Below, one piece after another: positions 1-10,943 of a stretch of 64,000 bases of DNA; the stretch's first letter is position 1, and every line of letters begins with the position of its first letter. The stretch is from positions 1 to 64,000 of the forward strand of contig CAXWPH010000012.1 of NCBI GenBank assembly GCA_963666055.2, read 5' to 3'. This DNA comes from Acidobacteriota bacterium (GTDB taxonomy: Bacteria > Acidobacteriota > UBA890 > WLXD01). The translations under genes were made by a program, and so were the position numbers. The notes under the pieces are model-generated. The model was not told the origin of the DNA, ran no database searches, and saw only the letters and a program-made list of their open reading frames with translations.

Positions 1-122
1 TGTCTGTCCTCGTCCTCTTGTTCGTGCCACTCGGAGCAGTCGTTCAGGCAGTCGTCTACGTGGTTCGCTATCCCGAGTAGCTGCAGGGGGAGGAGGATCC
101 GCCCGAAAGACGTCCCTCTTAC

Positions 123-1328
123 TTATTGACCCACTTTAAACTTAGCAGCTTCTCCAGATCCTCCGGTTGCATCACCCTCAGTGTAGGAATGTGCTCCGGA
201 TCCTGCGAGTTTTCCGCCTTCCACGATAAGATATTCTTCTCGTATTTGCCTATCATCAAACCAGCATTCCAAGATTTCCCTGACGCCCGCTGCATATCGA
301 GCTTGAGCCGCCAGCGAAGTTCCGGATGTATGTGGCGTCATTGCATGGTTTGGCATTGTTCGCCAAGGGTGATCTCTTGGTGCTGGTTGTGGAAACCAAA
401 CATCCCCGGCATAACCGGCTAATTGGCCGCTCTCAAGTGCTCTTGCAACTGCATTACGATCACAGATCTTTCCCCGAGCAGTATTAACAAGATAAGCTCC
501 ACGCTTCATCTTACCAATCATCTCGTCATCAAAGAGGTGTTCCGTCTCGGGATGAAGTGGACAATTAACCGACACAACGTCGCAGACCTCGACCATAGAC
601 TCAACGCTATCGTGAACGGTTAAATCAAGTTCCTCTTCAACCTCTGGTGGGAGTCTATGTTTATCAAAGTAATGGAGTTCTACATCGAAAGGCTTCATAC
701 GTCTTAGAACCGCTGAACCAATTCGACCTGCTCCTCCAACGATACCCACTCGCATTCCTTCAACGTCATAAGACCTTGATACGCAATCAGCGATGTTCCA
801 TCCTCCTTTGATAACCCAATTATATGAAGGAATGTAATTTCGAACGAGCGTCAAGATCATCATCACAACGTGCTCGGATACACTGATGCTGTTACAATAA
901 GTAACCTCCGCCACCGTGATATCGTTATCGATTGCGGCTTGTAAGTCCACATGATCTGAACCAATACCTGCTGTAATCGCCAGTTTCAATTTGGGCGATT
1001 TAGCAACTCTCTCCGAAGTAATATACGCAGGCCAAAACGGTTGTGAAATAACAATGTCAGCATCAACGATTTCTTTTTCGAAGACGGAATCCGGACCGTC
1101 TTTATCAGCGGTAACAACAAATCGATGGCCGCGGCCTTCGACGAAGTTCCGTAGACGAAGTTCGCCAGAGACACATCCAAGAAGATCCCCAGGATGGAAA
1201 TCTATCGCACTCGGTGATGGCATTGATTGCCCATCAGGATAATGAGGTAGATTGGGGATATCGTGGCGCGCATATGTTGGCGGATATCCATCTACGGGAT
1301 CATCATACAAGACACAGACGATCTTCAT
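123..1328 (-). CDS. fdh: NAD-dependent formate dehydrogenase
   Basis: MKIVCVLYDDPVDGYP...LLGCVSGEL, ISQPFWPAY, AGIGSDHVDL, GAGRIG, NTARG, GDVWFPQPAP, MTPHTSGTSL are all characteristic of metal-independent FDH. Start placed at ATG 1328. The gene is visibly more AT-rich than the rest of the window. Confidence 0.95.
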   Translation of the reverse strand: MKIVCVLYDDPVDGYPPTYARHDIPNLPHYPDGQSMPSPSAIDFHPGDLLGCVSGELRLRNFVEGRGHRFVVTADKDGPDSVFEKEIVDADIVISQPFWPAYITSERVAKSPKLKLAITAGIGSDHVDLQAAIDNDITVAEVTYCNSISVSEHVVMMILTLVRNYIPSYNWVIKGGWNIADCVSRSYDVEGMRVGIVGGAGRIGSAVLRRMKPFDVELHYFDKHRLPPEVEEELDLTVHDSVESMVEVCDVVSVNCPLHPETEHLFDDEMIGKMKRGAYLVNTARGKICDRNAVARALESGQLAGYAGDVWFPQPAPRDHPWRTMPNHAMTPHTSGTSLAAQARYAAGVREILECWFDDRQIREEYLIVEGGKLAGSGAHSYTEGDATGGSGEAAKFKVGQ

Positions 1329-1929
1329 GTTGTCTTTGCCCATTTGCTCCACCTGGTTGTCTAATCCGATCATTCGCCATGTGACATGTTGGCAAGCCCA
1401 GCGCTTGCCCGGAAGGATGTCAAACTACCGTCTTCCCCGACAAGGGTGCCCTCTGTCGCGGGAGCTGTCTGCGTGGCCGCGGGACCGAGAGGTGAGCCCC
1501 ATTCTTCGGACAGGGTGTCGTCACCGCTCGGGTGGAATCCGCGTATGATTCAGGCGGCCTCCTCGTCAGTGTACGCGTCGTCTACGCGAGTCTCGGGGTG
1601 GGCTACAGCCTTCAGCATGCGAGGCCCCCAGCGCGGGACTCTCGCCACTAGCTCTCCCTCTACAGTCCCAGTGTTGCCCGCTACGGCGGTCGGGGTTGCG
1701 GCCAAACTTGTCCCGCGCCGAGAGGCAACCTCATCCTAGTACCGGGGCAACCCCCTCGGTAGTGTCTAGCGAACTTCGACTTTACTCGTGCGCAATGTCC
1801 GGGCCGGGCACGATGACGACACGAGCACCGGGAATCGGCTCGTGACCGATTCGAGCAATCAGGCGTTGTCCATGGTCAGAAGATATCCGGGCGAGTTTCC
1901 GGCGCGGCTCGTTTGCCAGTCGTGTGCTA

Positions 1930-2380
1930 GTCCTGGATCTTATCCTAATAGTTTTATCAGGCCGTCCAAGACCATCTCCGGTCGCGCTGGGGATCCCGGT
2001 ATGTAGACATCCACCGGCATGATGGTGTCGATACCCACTACCGTGGCGTAGCTGTCATAGAAGGCGCCGGTGCAGGTGCAGACTCCGAAGGCGACCACCC
2101 AATTGGGGCTCCTCCATCTGGTCGTGGATACGCTTCAGCACCGGCGCCAACTTGTGACTGATGGTGCCGACGACGAAGAGCACGTCCGCCTGGCGCGGGG
2201 AACATCTCGGCAACCCGGCGCCGAGCCGGTCCACATCGTAGTGAGCGCAGAGCAGTGGCCATGTACTCCATGCCGCAACACGCTGTCACGAACGGGTATT
2301 GGAGGATCGAGTACTTCCGCGCCCATCCGATGGCTGCGCCTCCGGCGCGCTTCGGCTCCAGAATCGGTTTGAAACGGTCG
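1930..2380 (-). pseudogene. nuoB: NADH-quinone oxidoreductase subunit B (NuoB) pseudogene
   Basis: Frame-stitched translation gives WARKYSILQYPFVTACCGMEYMATA / HYDVDRLGAGLPRCSPRQADVLFVVGTISHKLAPVLKRIHDQMEEP / WVVAFGVCTCTGAFYDSYATVVGIDTIMPVDVYIPGSPARPEMVLDGLIKL. At least 2 frameshifts, and the conserved PGCPP Cys is changed to Ser. Boundaries approximate. Confidence 0.88.
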
Positions 2381-2441
2381 TCGGGGGCACGCTGGATGAG
2401 CGGCGGGAGCTGCTATCGGTGATTGCGGCGACCGTGGCCGC

Positions 2442-3149
2442 TCATCGAGCCCGTCTGGACACTCTAGCCCTCCATTCCTTCCACCGCGACCACCGCCTTC
2501 TCCTTGATGACGACGGTTTGATCGACACGTCGCCACCGCCCTTCAACTCGATCACCGCATCGAGCACGTTCTGCGCCACGGCTTGGAAGATCTTGGTCAC
2601 TTCGCTGTCGGGGTGTTCGACAACGTAGGGTATGCCTGCATCGCCCGCAATGGCGATCTGCGGATCGAGCGGCAGCGCGCCCAGGAACGGCACTCCGAGC
2701 TCTTCTGCCGTTCGCCGCCCGCCATCGGTGCTGAACACGTGCGTGCGATGCCCGCACTCCGGACACGTGAAGACCGACATGTTCTCCACCAGCCCGAGCA
2801 CCGGCACATCGACTTCCTGGAACATGCGGAGCCCTTTACGGGCATCGATCAACGCTACATCCTGCGGCGTGGTGACGATCACGGCGCCATCGAGGGGCGC
2901 CGATTGAGTCAACGTGAGCTGCGCATCGCCGGTGCCCGGGGGCAGGTCGATTACCAGCACCTCAACGCCGCGCCAGTCGACGTCGCGAAGGAACTGCCGT
3001 ATTGCCTTCATCACCATTGGCCCACGCCAGATCACCGGATCGTCTTCGGGCTGCAGGAAACCGAGCGACATGAGCTTCATACCGAACTTGTCGAGCGGCA
3101 CCAATAGCCGCTTGCCGTCCAGATCGATGATCTTCGGCTGCTCCCCCAC
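2442..3149 (-). pseudogene. Mrp/ApbC (NBP35) Fe-S carrier ATPase, 5'-truncated
   Basis: LMSLGFL, VIWRGPMVMKAIRQFL, DLPPGTGD, VTTPQDVAL, ENMSVFTCPECG are present. The N-terminal Walker A (GKGGVGKS) is missing and the sequence breaks at ~3150. Confidence 0.85.
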
Positions 3150-3351
3150 TGTGGGGGGGCACCGAGTCCGTGCTCACGGACGGCATGGAGCAAGTAGACG
3201 TGTCGACCTCGTCGGTCGATTCTTACGAACCAGTCGCCGGAACCACGCTGCAAGTCGTGGACGAGCGGCCAGTGGCGTCATGCGGTGACCGCTATCTGAT
3301 CGCGTGCCGAGAGGCACTCGACGCGGTCGGGGGCGGTGGTGCCGACCTGTG

Positions 3352-3400
3352 TTCGTAATCAGCAGGTCCGCGGTTCGAATCCGCCCGCCGGCTCTTTAGA
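3352..3400 (+). other. 3' half of tRNA-Thr(CGT), att-like duplicate, inverted relative to the intact gene
   Basis: ttcgtaatcagcaggtccgcggttcgaatccgcccgccggctctttaga matches the tRNA at 34176-34247 (anticodon loop to 3' flank) with 1 mismatch in 49 bp. Confidence 0.9.
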
Positions 3401-3413
3401 ATCAACGGCTTAC

Positions 3414-3433
3414 GGCCTGCCAGTTGGCAGGCC
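3414..3433 (+). terminator. GC hairpin after the tRNA fragment
   Basis: ggcctgcca-gt-tggcaggcc is a perfect 9-bp stem with only a weak U-tract. Confidence 0.45.
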
Positions 3434-3577
3434 ATTCTCATGTAGCAATCAGGCAGCAATCAGGCTCGGGTGTTTCGGCCGCGCGGCCGAGTCCGGATCC
3501 TCGCAAGAGGTTAGCCGGCTGGACGCCCGGCTCACCGGGGTGGAGGCGCCGGCCCGCGTGGTTTGCGAGATCCTGGT

Positions 3578-3752
3578 CTAGCAGGCCGTGGTGAAAGTGT
3601 GGTGGGTCTGGCGACAGGGTCTTGCGAAGTGGAGGCAAGGAGAGAGGAGGAGGCGACGCTTACCCCATCGTTGACGAGGAACGACGCAGCATACGCGCGC
3701 AACCCCCTGCCGCCCGAAGGGTTACCACCACACTTTCACCACGGCCTGCTAG
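3578..3752. mobile_element. MITE copy 1 (internally deleted)
   Basis: 28-bp perfect terminal inverted repeat CTAGCAGGCCGTGGTGAAAGTGTGGTGG. Near-identical to the left part of 52498-52776. Confidence 0.9.
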
Positions 3753-5719
3753 GTCCTCTCCGCCCACGGATACTGGAATTCGGGTCGAATGACGTCGGTC
3801 AACAGCTCCTGGACGGCTCGATGTGCCTGGTCAAACGCCGCCTGCGTGAGCGAGATCGCCGCGGCATCTGAGTTCGCGATCGCGATGCGCCCGAACCTCT
3901 GGCGCCCAACGACCCACGGGGCCTCGTCGTAGCCCCAGTCCGGGTCGTAAAGATCGTTGGCTCCCCCGGCGTAGCCGTGCGGCCAGCGGCCGACGGTGAT
4001 GCCGGCGATATCGCGTGCCGGATCGAAACCGCCCTCGCCCAGGGCACGGCCGAGCTGGTCGCGGATGTTGCGCTCGAAGGTCTCGAACGGGGTCGCCAGC
4101 AGCTCCTCGCGCCCGGCGCGGAACTGGTCGCGGGCCGACAACCCCGGCCGGTTCGGGGCGCGTTGCAACCACAGCAAGATCGGCTCCTCCGGAGACGCCG
4201 AGTGGCGATAGTCCCCCAGGTTCACGCCCCAATCCAGATCGATGAACTCGCAGAACCCACCCGGGGTGTGGATGTCTTGAACTCCAAGATTCTGGAAGGC
4301 AGTCCAGTTGCGGATCGCGACCTGTGTGTAGACGTACGGCTTGCGCACGGCCATTCGCAGCGCCTCGGCCTGCTCGGTTGGCAGTTCCGGGCACAGGAAC
4401 GGAATTATGGCGTTGTAGCAGGCCATGACACACGTATCGGCGGCCACCGAAAGCGCCTTGCCGTCCTGCACGTACGTCACCGTTACGCCCGACGAACCGC
4501 GACGCTCACCCACGTGTCGCACACCGACAACGGTGGAGTTCAGGCGGATTCGCACCGGGCTCGTCGGAAGGTCGAGTTGCGAATAGCGCACCGGCGTGGT
4601 CACCGAGTCGTGCATCGTGCTCCCGGGCAGCGCCGACGGGATGAGCCAGCGCACCAAGAGGCGCGCCACCCCGGCGTTGCCGTCGGGAAAGTGGAGTCCG
4701 TGGAAGGGGTTGCTCTCCGTCCCGGCGTTTCGCGGGGGCCGCGGCAGGCCGAGTCCCTGGAAGCCGGGAAACGTATCCTCGCGAAACGCGCCCCAGGAGC
4801 TGTACGAATCGATGCCCGCCGCTCCGTTCGCGTCGCCCCGCTGCCGCAGGTAAGGGATCACATCCTCACTCACGCCCACTACGTTCAAGACGTAGTCCTG
4901 ATAGCTCATCTTCCGCAGACGATCGACCTTCTGCTCCACTGTGAGCTCCGGCAGGTAGTCGGTTTCATCGGCGAACAGCGTCAGGATGCCGCGCTTGGCG
5001 TCGTCCGAAAGCGGCGTCCTGGACAGGTACTCCGTCCACCGCTGGCGCCCTTTTTCGCCGATCACACCACTGGAGAAGGAGCCCCAGGGCTCGCCAACGA
5101 CGAGTCGATCTTCACCGAACACTTCGCGGGTGAAGAACACTGCCGACTGGAGGCCCAGTTCGTCATACAGGCTGCCGGAGCTGCCGCGTGGCAGGTTCGC
5201 AGCGTCGAGACCGATGTCCTCAAGCAGCGACACGCCTGCCGGGGGGTAGTGGCCGTCGATGAACTGGGTTCCGCCGTAGCCGATCAGCTGTCGGCCGTCG
5301 ACATCGAACTCCACGCGCTTCGCATGCCCGCCGAAGTCGTCGTGGTTGTCGAGGATCAGTACGGAGGCGTCGGGGAGCGCTTTGCGGAAGTAGTAGGCGG
5401 CGGCAAGGCCGCTCAGTCCGCCGCCGACGATGACCAGGTCGTAGTGCTCGCCCGAATCCGCCGCGTCGTCCCAAATCTTGCCGTCGCGCATCTCATGGGC
5501 GACCTCGAAGGAGCCGTCGTGGCTTCCCCGCATGCCGGTCAGCCGCGGCGGATAATAGTCACCTGAGCCTTACGGTAGTGTGTTCTGCTGAGACCTGTTG
5601 ACGGCATGTGCGGTCGATGAAGAGAACATCGCCCCGCCGATTGCTACGCTGGCACCGTCGAGGAAGTCCCGTCGTGTGATCTCACGATCCATCCCGAGCT
5701 CACGGTCCTTCCTCTTCAT
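3749..5719 (-). pseudogene. Spermidine dehydrogenase (SpdH)-like FAD oxidoreductase with Tat leader; in-frame TAA at 5570-5572
   Basis: MKRKDRELGMDREITRRDFLDG leader, then a stop, then YYPPRLTGMRGSH, VGGGLSG, DNHDDFGGHAKR, FPDGNA, RWPHGYA, IAIANSDA. The 594-aa downstream part is open. Confidence 0.85.
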
Positions 5720-5749
5720 GTCTTCCTCCTCAACCAGGGGGGTTTTCCC

Positions 5750-5970
5750 GGTGCCGCGGGGCTAGCCAAAGCGTCCGTCTGCGCCCACGGCAACGCGTGC
5801 CTGCCGCTCAGCGCTACGCTGATACCGGCAACGAAATCGCGCCGGGCATTCCGGGCACCAAACTCGTCAGTATGGCATCACTCGCCCGACGTCACCCTCT
5901 ACAGCGGCCATGTACCAGTGGACGAAATTGGCCGGCAAGATCAGGCCAATTTCATGGGTCGCGTAGCGGC
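5750..5970 (-). pseudogene. Relic cassette: 3' end of a Rieske paralog fused to the Tat leader of an SpdH paralog
   Basis: 5852-5970 (minus) resembles the Rieske-1 end at 8663-8780 (RYATHEIGLILPANFVHWYMAAVEGDVGRVMPY*). 5757-5846 resembles the SpdH-2 leader at 18280-18367 (RRDFVAGISVALSG..LPWAQT). Confidence 0.85.
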
Positions 5971-6029
5971 TACCCAGACCCGTCTCACAGAATCTGCTTC
6001 ACGATTGTTTCTCATGGTACGGTCGATCA

Positions 6030-7341
6030 GTGGATAAGCATCTCCGGCACGAAAGCCACCGACCGACTCGTCGGCTCCGAGCAGGGACGATCGTTGCCAT
6101 GCTTTGCCTGCTGGGTTCCCAAGCGGAGTCTTCCCCTGTCTCCAGCAGAGTTGCCTTGAGCGCGGTTGAACTCTTGACGGCGTTCTCGGGTGGGAGTGCC
6201 ACGCAGTACGAGCCGTTCTTCCGATTCTCGGAGGAGGCCAGAATCGTCGGGGTGGAGATTCACGCCGTCGGAACGGAGAGCACCACTGCCCGGTATTCCG
6301 GTAGGAACAAACCTTCGAAATCGGTCAACAACATCTTGCGGCTCACGACCGCGGACGGATTCGAGGGTATCTCCGGCGTGGCGTCCTATGGACGAGAGTT
6401 CAGCCGAGAGCATTTGCTGGAGCTGCAGGGCGTCGCCGCTGATCTCCTTGCCCTGCAGTCACTGGACCCGGTCGAGGTCGGGACGATGCTCGAGCGAACG
6501 AGACCCGGCTTGAGCGATGCAGCTCGCTCGAGCATCGATATCGCACTGTGGGACTTGGCGGCACGCAAGGGCAGATCGTCCTCTCTACCAGCTGCTGGGG
6601 GCAAAGCGGGACTCGATCGAGCCCTACGCCAGCCTGCCCTTCTACGATTCGCTTCCCGAGTACGTCAACGCGGTCAACGAGTACGCCAAGCTCGGCTATA
6701 GGACCTTCAAGTTCCACGTCTGGGGCCTGATCGAGGAGGACTCGCGACTCGTGGAGTTGGTCCAGCAGACATTTGCAGATTCTCCCTATCGCTTCATGAT
6801 CGATATGGAGGGAGCGTACGGCTTTGAGGACGCCCTCAGGCTGGGCGGGGAAATGGATGAACGACTGTTCGTCTGGTTCGAGGGCCCCATCAACGACGAG
6901 CTTCTGGAGGAATACGGGCAGCTCAGGAGCAGGCTCGCGGTACAGATCATTCCTGCCGGATACAACATCTATTCTCCCGAGTTCATCAGACAGGGGATCG
7001 AGGCCGGTTCATGGGATGCGGCCAGAGTCGATGCAACGGCGATCGGCGGGATCTCGAAAGTGCTCGAGATCCTGACGATCACCAACGATGCCGGCCTGGC
7101 GATCGAGATCCAGAGCTGGGGTCATTCGCTGGCCCAGGCAGCCAACCTCCACCTGATGCTGGCCAATGAGCGCACCCGTTACTTCGAGGCTCCGATGCCC
7201 AAGGAGGCCCACGAGTTCGGGATGAAGAACGGCAACTTACTCGATCAGGGGCGGGCCGTTGTGCCCGAGGCGCCCGGTCTGGGTATCGAGGTAGACTGGG
7301 ATCGCTTGGCCACGGCAGATTTCTACGCCTACTCGAAGTAG
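6030..7341 (+). CDS. Mandelate racemase/muconate lactonizing enzyme (enolase superfamily) protein with signal peptide; +1 frameshift at ~6570
   Basis: LRLTTADGFEG, SSIDIALWDLAARK|ADRPLYQLLG, GYRTFKFH, WFEGP, PGLGIEVDW. The two ORFs join by removing one G from GGG at 6569-6571. Confidence 0.85.
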
Positions 7342-7439
7342 TGCGGTCGCCGCGGCGCGCTGGCAGCGATTAGAGCGCGCAGGGCTCAGGACGCGCCAGC
7401 TCCTCAGAGTGCATCGGCGGAGAGAGCTTGGAGGGCGAG

Positions 7440-8765
7440 ATGAGCAAGAAGGTGACCGGCAACAAGTCGACCCGACGTGACCTGGCGCGCAGCGCCGTTA
7501 TCGGTTACACCGCCGCCGCCCTCGGGTTGCCAAGGAACCTGCTTGCCAGGGCGATTCCAGATACGGGCCAGATGGGCGGCGGGGAATCGGGCCCCGCAGG
7601 GTGGCGCAAGAACACCATTGACGCGGAGTACTACACGGACGAAGAACGCTACCTGTTCGATGAGCGCTTAGTGGCCGATCATTTCTGGCAAATGGTCGAT
7701 CACGAGAGCAGGATTGCCGAACCGGGCGATTACTTCGTCTTCGAATACGGTCGCAGCGAGAGCGTCATCATCCTGCGCGATGAGGCCGGCGCGGTGCGCG
7801 CTTACTACAACGTCTGCCGCCATCGTGGCTCGAGGCTTTGTCGCCACGATGCCGACGCCGTCCCGGAGGATCCACGCCTTTCGGTTCGACAGTCCGGGCA
7901 GACGGGCAACACGCCGGTGTTCCGCTGCCCGTACCACGCCTGGACCTACGATCTGGACGGCAAGCTCGTCTATGCCTATGGCATGCAGGACGACTTCGAC
8001 CCGGCCGACAACGGCCTGATCCCCTGCCACGTCCGCACGGCAGACGGCTTCATCTTCGTGAACCTGTCGCGCGAGCCGGAGCCACCGGAGTTCGAGTCAG
8101 CGATCGAGCCCTTCCGCCGCAAAGTGGGTCAATCACACCGCACCGCAGACTTGAAGGTCGGCGAGCGCGTCTACGTTACGATGCGCGCCAACTGGAAGCT
8201 GGCGCTGGAGAACTTCCTGGAGTGCTATCACTGCGGGCCGTCGCACGACTACCTGTGCTACGTGTTCCCGAACATTGACCTCTCGATCCCGGAATCTCAA
8301 AGACCTGCGCGAGGGATGCCTGCGGGCTTCGTCAGCGCCACCCTCGACGGCAAGCCGGCGGCTCCGTTATTGCCCGCCTTCGAGCGCAGAACCGGCAGGA
8401 AGGTGGGAAGCGACGCGGCGACAGGTTGGTCGACCGGGTACTGGTCTCCCAACGAGGATTACGTCTTCGCGGTTCGATTCACCCCCCGTGATGTCGACCT
8501 CACCGACGTGGAATGCCTCTGGCTCGTACACCCGGATGCGAAGCGAGACGTGGACTACGACCCGGAGAGGCTGAAGGAGATATGGTTCGTCACGCTCCTC
8601 GAGGACATCTGGTTGTGCGAGAACAACCACACCGGCATCTGCTCCGGCGCCTACCGGCCCGGACGCTACGCCACCCATGAGATTGGCCGGATCTTGCCGG
8701 CTAATTTCATCCACTGGTACATGAACGCCGTCGAGGGCGACGTTGGGCGGGTGATGCCCTACTGA
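7440..8765 (+). CDS. Rieske non-heme iron oxygenase alpha subunit (choline/betaine/stachydrine-type), paralog 1, Tat-like leader
   Basis: NVCRHRG...CPYHAW Rieske ligands, NWKLALENFLECYHCGPSH and a C-terminal ED iron ligand. N-terminus STRRDLARS followed by a hydrophobic stretch. Confidence 0.92.
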   Translation: MSKKVTGNKSTRRDLARSAVIGYTAAALGLPRNLLARAIPDTGQMGGGESGPAGWRKNTIDAEYYTDEERYLFDERLVADHFWQMVDHESRIAEPGDYFVFEYGRSESVIILRDEAGAVRAYYNVCRHRGSRLCRHDADAVPEDPRLSVRQSGQTGNTPVFRCPYHAWTYDLDGKLVYAYGMQDDFDPADNGLIPCHVRTADGFIFVNLSREPEPPEFESAIEPFRRKVGQSHRTADLKVGERVYVTMRANWKLALENFLECYHCGPSHDYLCYVFPNIDLSIPESQRPARGMPAGFVSATLDGKPAAPLLPAFERRTGRKVGSDAATGWSTGYWSPNEDYVFAVRFTPRDVDLTDVECLWLVHPDAKRDVDYDPERLKEIWFVTLLEDIWLCENNHTGICSGAYRPGRYATHEIGRILPANFIHWYMNAVEGDVGRVMPY

Positions 8766-8839
8766 CGAGCTTGGTGTCCGAGAAGTTCACGGAGCGCGCT
8801 GAACCGGAGACGTCGGTGCCCGGTACGAGGAAGCAGACA

Positions 8840-10914
8840 ATGCGCCGAACAACGCTCGCTAGCTCCTTTGTCGCGATCATGCTGTTGGCCGGGCCTTCGC
8901 ACGCCGGCGAACAGCTCTCCCCGACCGAAAGCCAGATCCTGAGCGCTCTGGATAGCGACAGGACCATCGCCCTCACCCGCCGTCCTCTCGGAGGAGCTCG
9001 TCAAGAACGACTCGGGTGCCGGTGCCGGCTCGGCCATCGCCGGCAGCGCCGATGAGCGCCTCTTGGCCGGCTTCATCGAGGCGGAGATGAAGCAGATGGG
9101 CCTGGAGGTGCGGCGGGAGAGCTTCCCGGTGCACGCCTACGACTACGGGAAAGTAGTGTTGCGGGCAGCGGGCAAAGAGCTGCCGGCGATCACGCAGCAC
9201 TCCGGCTCCGGGACCTGGGGGCGCGGTCGAGCGAGTGCCGTACACCAAGGGCAACACTTCTGGTGGACGGCGCTTGCGGACGGCCTTGCTCGATGCCGGA
9301 GAAGGCTGGGTGCATGACTACGCCAACCTGAGCGAGGTGCGCGGCAAAGCCGTGCTGGTGCGGCGCGGAGACGATTGGCTTAACAGCCAGGTGGTGATGG
9401 AGGCGGCAGAGCAGGGAGCGTCCGCGATCTTGCTCTACGACTACGACAGCGGTGCCGAGGCCCCCCAGGACTCGATCCAGCAGATGAGCATCGTCTACCG
9501 CGACCCGATCCCGACCGTGACGATCAGCAACCGCGATGCCGCATGGCTCAAGGAACGTCTTGCCGAGGGCGAGGTGATGATCGAGCTGGAGAACCGCGTC
9601 GACGTCGGCTACGGCTTCTCGGAGAACGTCATCGGCATGATCCGGGGCACGGAGTATCCGGACGAGTGGATCGTGGTCTCAGCGCACCACGACCGCTGGT
9701 TCCAAGGCGCCCAGGATGACAGCGTTGGTGTGGCCGTCATGCTGGAGCTGGCCCGCGTGATCTCGGAGGGTTACCGACCGCGGCGCAGCTTCCTGTTCAT
9801 TGCCTTCGGAAGCGAAGAGGTCGGAGGGCTATGGACCCAGTTCGACTGGCTGGCGGGCTCCTATGCGTTCATCCGGGCGCACCCCGAGGTCACTTCGCGA
9901 CTAGCCTACGCCTTCAACGTGGACTTGGCCGGTTGGACGGGGCGTGAGGGCCAGGTGCGTGCCACCCTCGACCAGGTCGCCTTCCAACGCGGTTTGCTGG
10001 CAGACCTCGGTCTCGACGAGCGTGTGACCGTGCGCGAGCATGTCGGCACGGGCGTCGACGCCTGGTCGTTGGGAGGCGTTCGGGGCGGCGCGGTGGCCTA
10101 CCTGAGTTGGACCGGCGACGTCCCCTTCAGCCGCTACTACCATACGCAGCACGATCTCTATCGCGCCGAGGACTACGCCAACCTGCAGCACGACCTGCGA
10201 CACGGAGCACTCGGCGTGCTCCGGATGGATCAAGCCGTCGTCCTGCCCGTCGGTTTCTCGGAGATCGTCGACTGGGTCACCGAACAGCTCGACAGGATCG
10301 AGCAGACGGTCTCCTCGCTCTCGACACCGACGGAGCTGCTTTTCGAAGCCAGACAGTCGGCAGAGCGCCTTCGTACGCAGGCCGAAAGGCTCGCAGCGGC
10401 CTCAGCGTCCGTGGTGGATCGCGACGATATAGCGGTCGTGAATGCTCTCTTGATGAAGACCCGACACGATCTCGTTCCCTGGCTTCTCAACACAGAAGAA
10501 CGCTTGAGAGGGAGCCGCTACGCGGAGGATTTCACTGCACTCCAGAGAGCTCGCCTCGCTGCCACGGATGGAGATACGGAGGCTGCGGCTGCTGCGCTCG
10601 AAGAGGTCAACACGATGCAGTGGGGCAAGCGGGTTTCGCCCGAGACCTACCGCGCTGAGAGGCTGCTGTCTTACGAACCGACCGGTTGGATGTGGGAGTT
10701 CGACCAGCACCCACGTCCGGTCGATCCGGAGCTCCACACCATCTACTCGCAGCTGCGGGCGGGACGCGGCGTCGATTCGGTCTCCGGGATCGCCCGGCTC
10801 GAGGCGCAGGCGGAGGGTTCGCTGCGGAAGGCCTTGTTCATCGTGGCCGGCAAACTGCGGGAAGCCGCGCGGGCCCTTGCTGATGCTCCGCTGCCGAACG
10901 TAGGATCCTTCTGA
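8840..10914 (+). CDS. Secreted M28 metallopeptidase with PA domain; two +1 frameshifts (~8980, ~9219)
   Basis: Signal peptide MRRTTLASSFVAIMLLAGPSHA, NVIGMIRG, SAHHD, GAQDDSVG, FGSEE, NVD, YHTQHD. The N-terminus is split over three frames. Confidence 0.85.
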
Positions 10915-10943
10915 ACTTCAAACCTGCGGATCGAGGAGAGACG

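Noticed and set aside
1386-1739. 117-aa ORF between fdh and the nuo remnant
   Set aside because: Low-complexity Ser/Ala/Pro-rich translation with no family motif on either strand. It is likely decayed DNA.
3300-3400. Second complete tRNA
   Set aside because: The sequence upstream of 3352 cannot form the acceptor 5' strand or D-arm. Only the 3' half is present.
3563-3871. Small ORFs inside MITE copies (also 52542-52742, 54499-54684, 5' extension of 54544)
   Set aside because: Chance frames through the repeat with no transposase motifs.
3977-5566. Long antisense or alternate-frame ORFs (e.g. 3977-5566 +, 14185-15759 -, 20094-21305 +, 35618-36733 -, 51550-52776 +, the 5' part of 61511-63475)
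   Set aside because: These are shadow ORFs of genuine genes in high-GC DNA, with no recognisable motifs.
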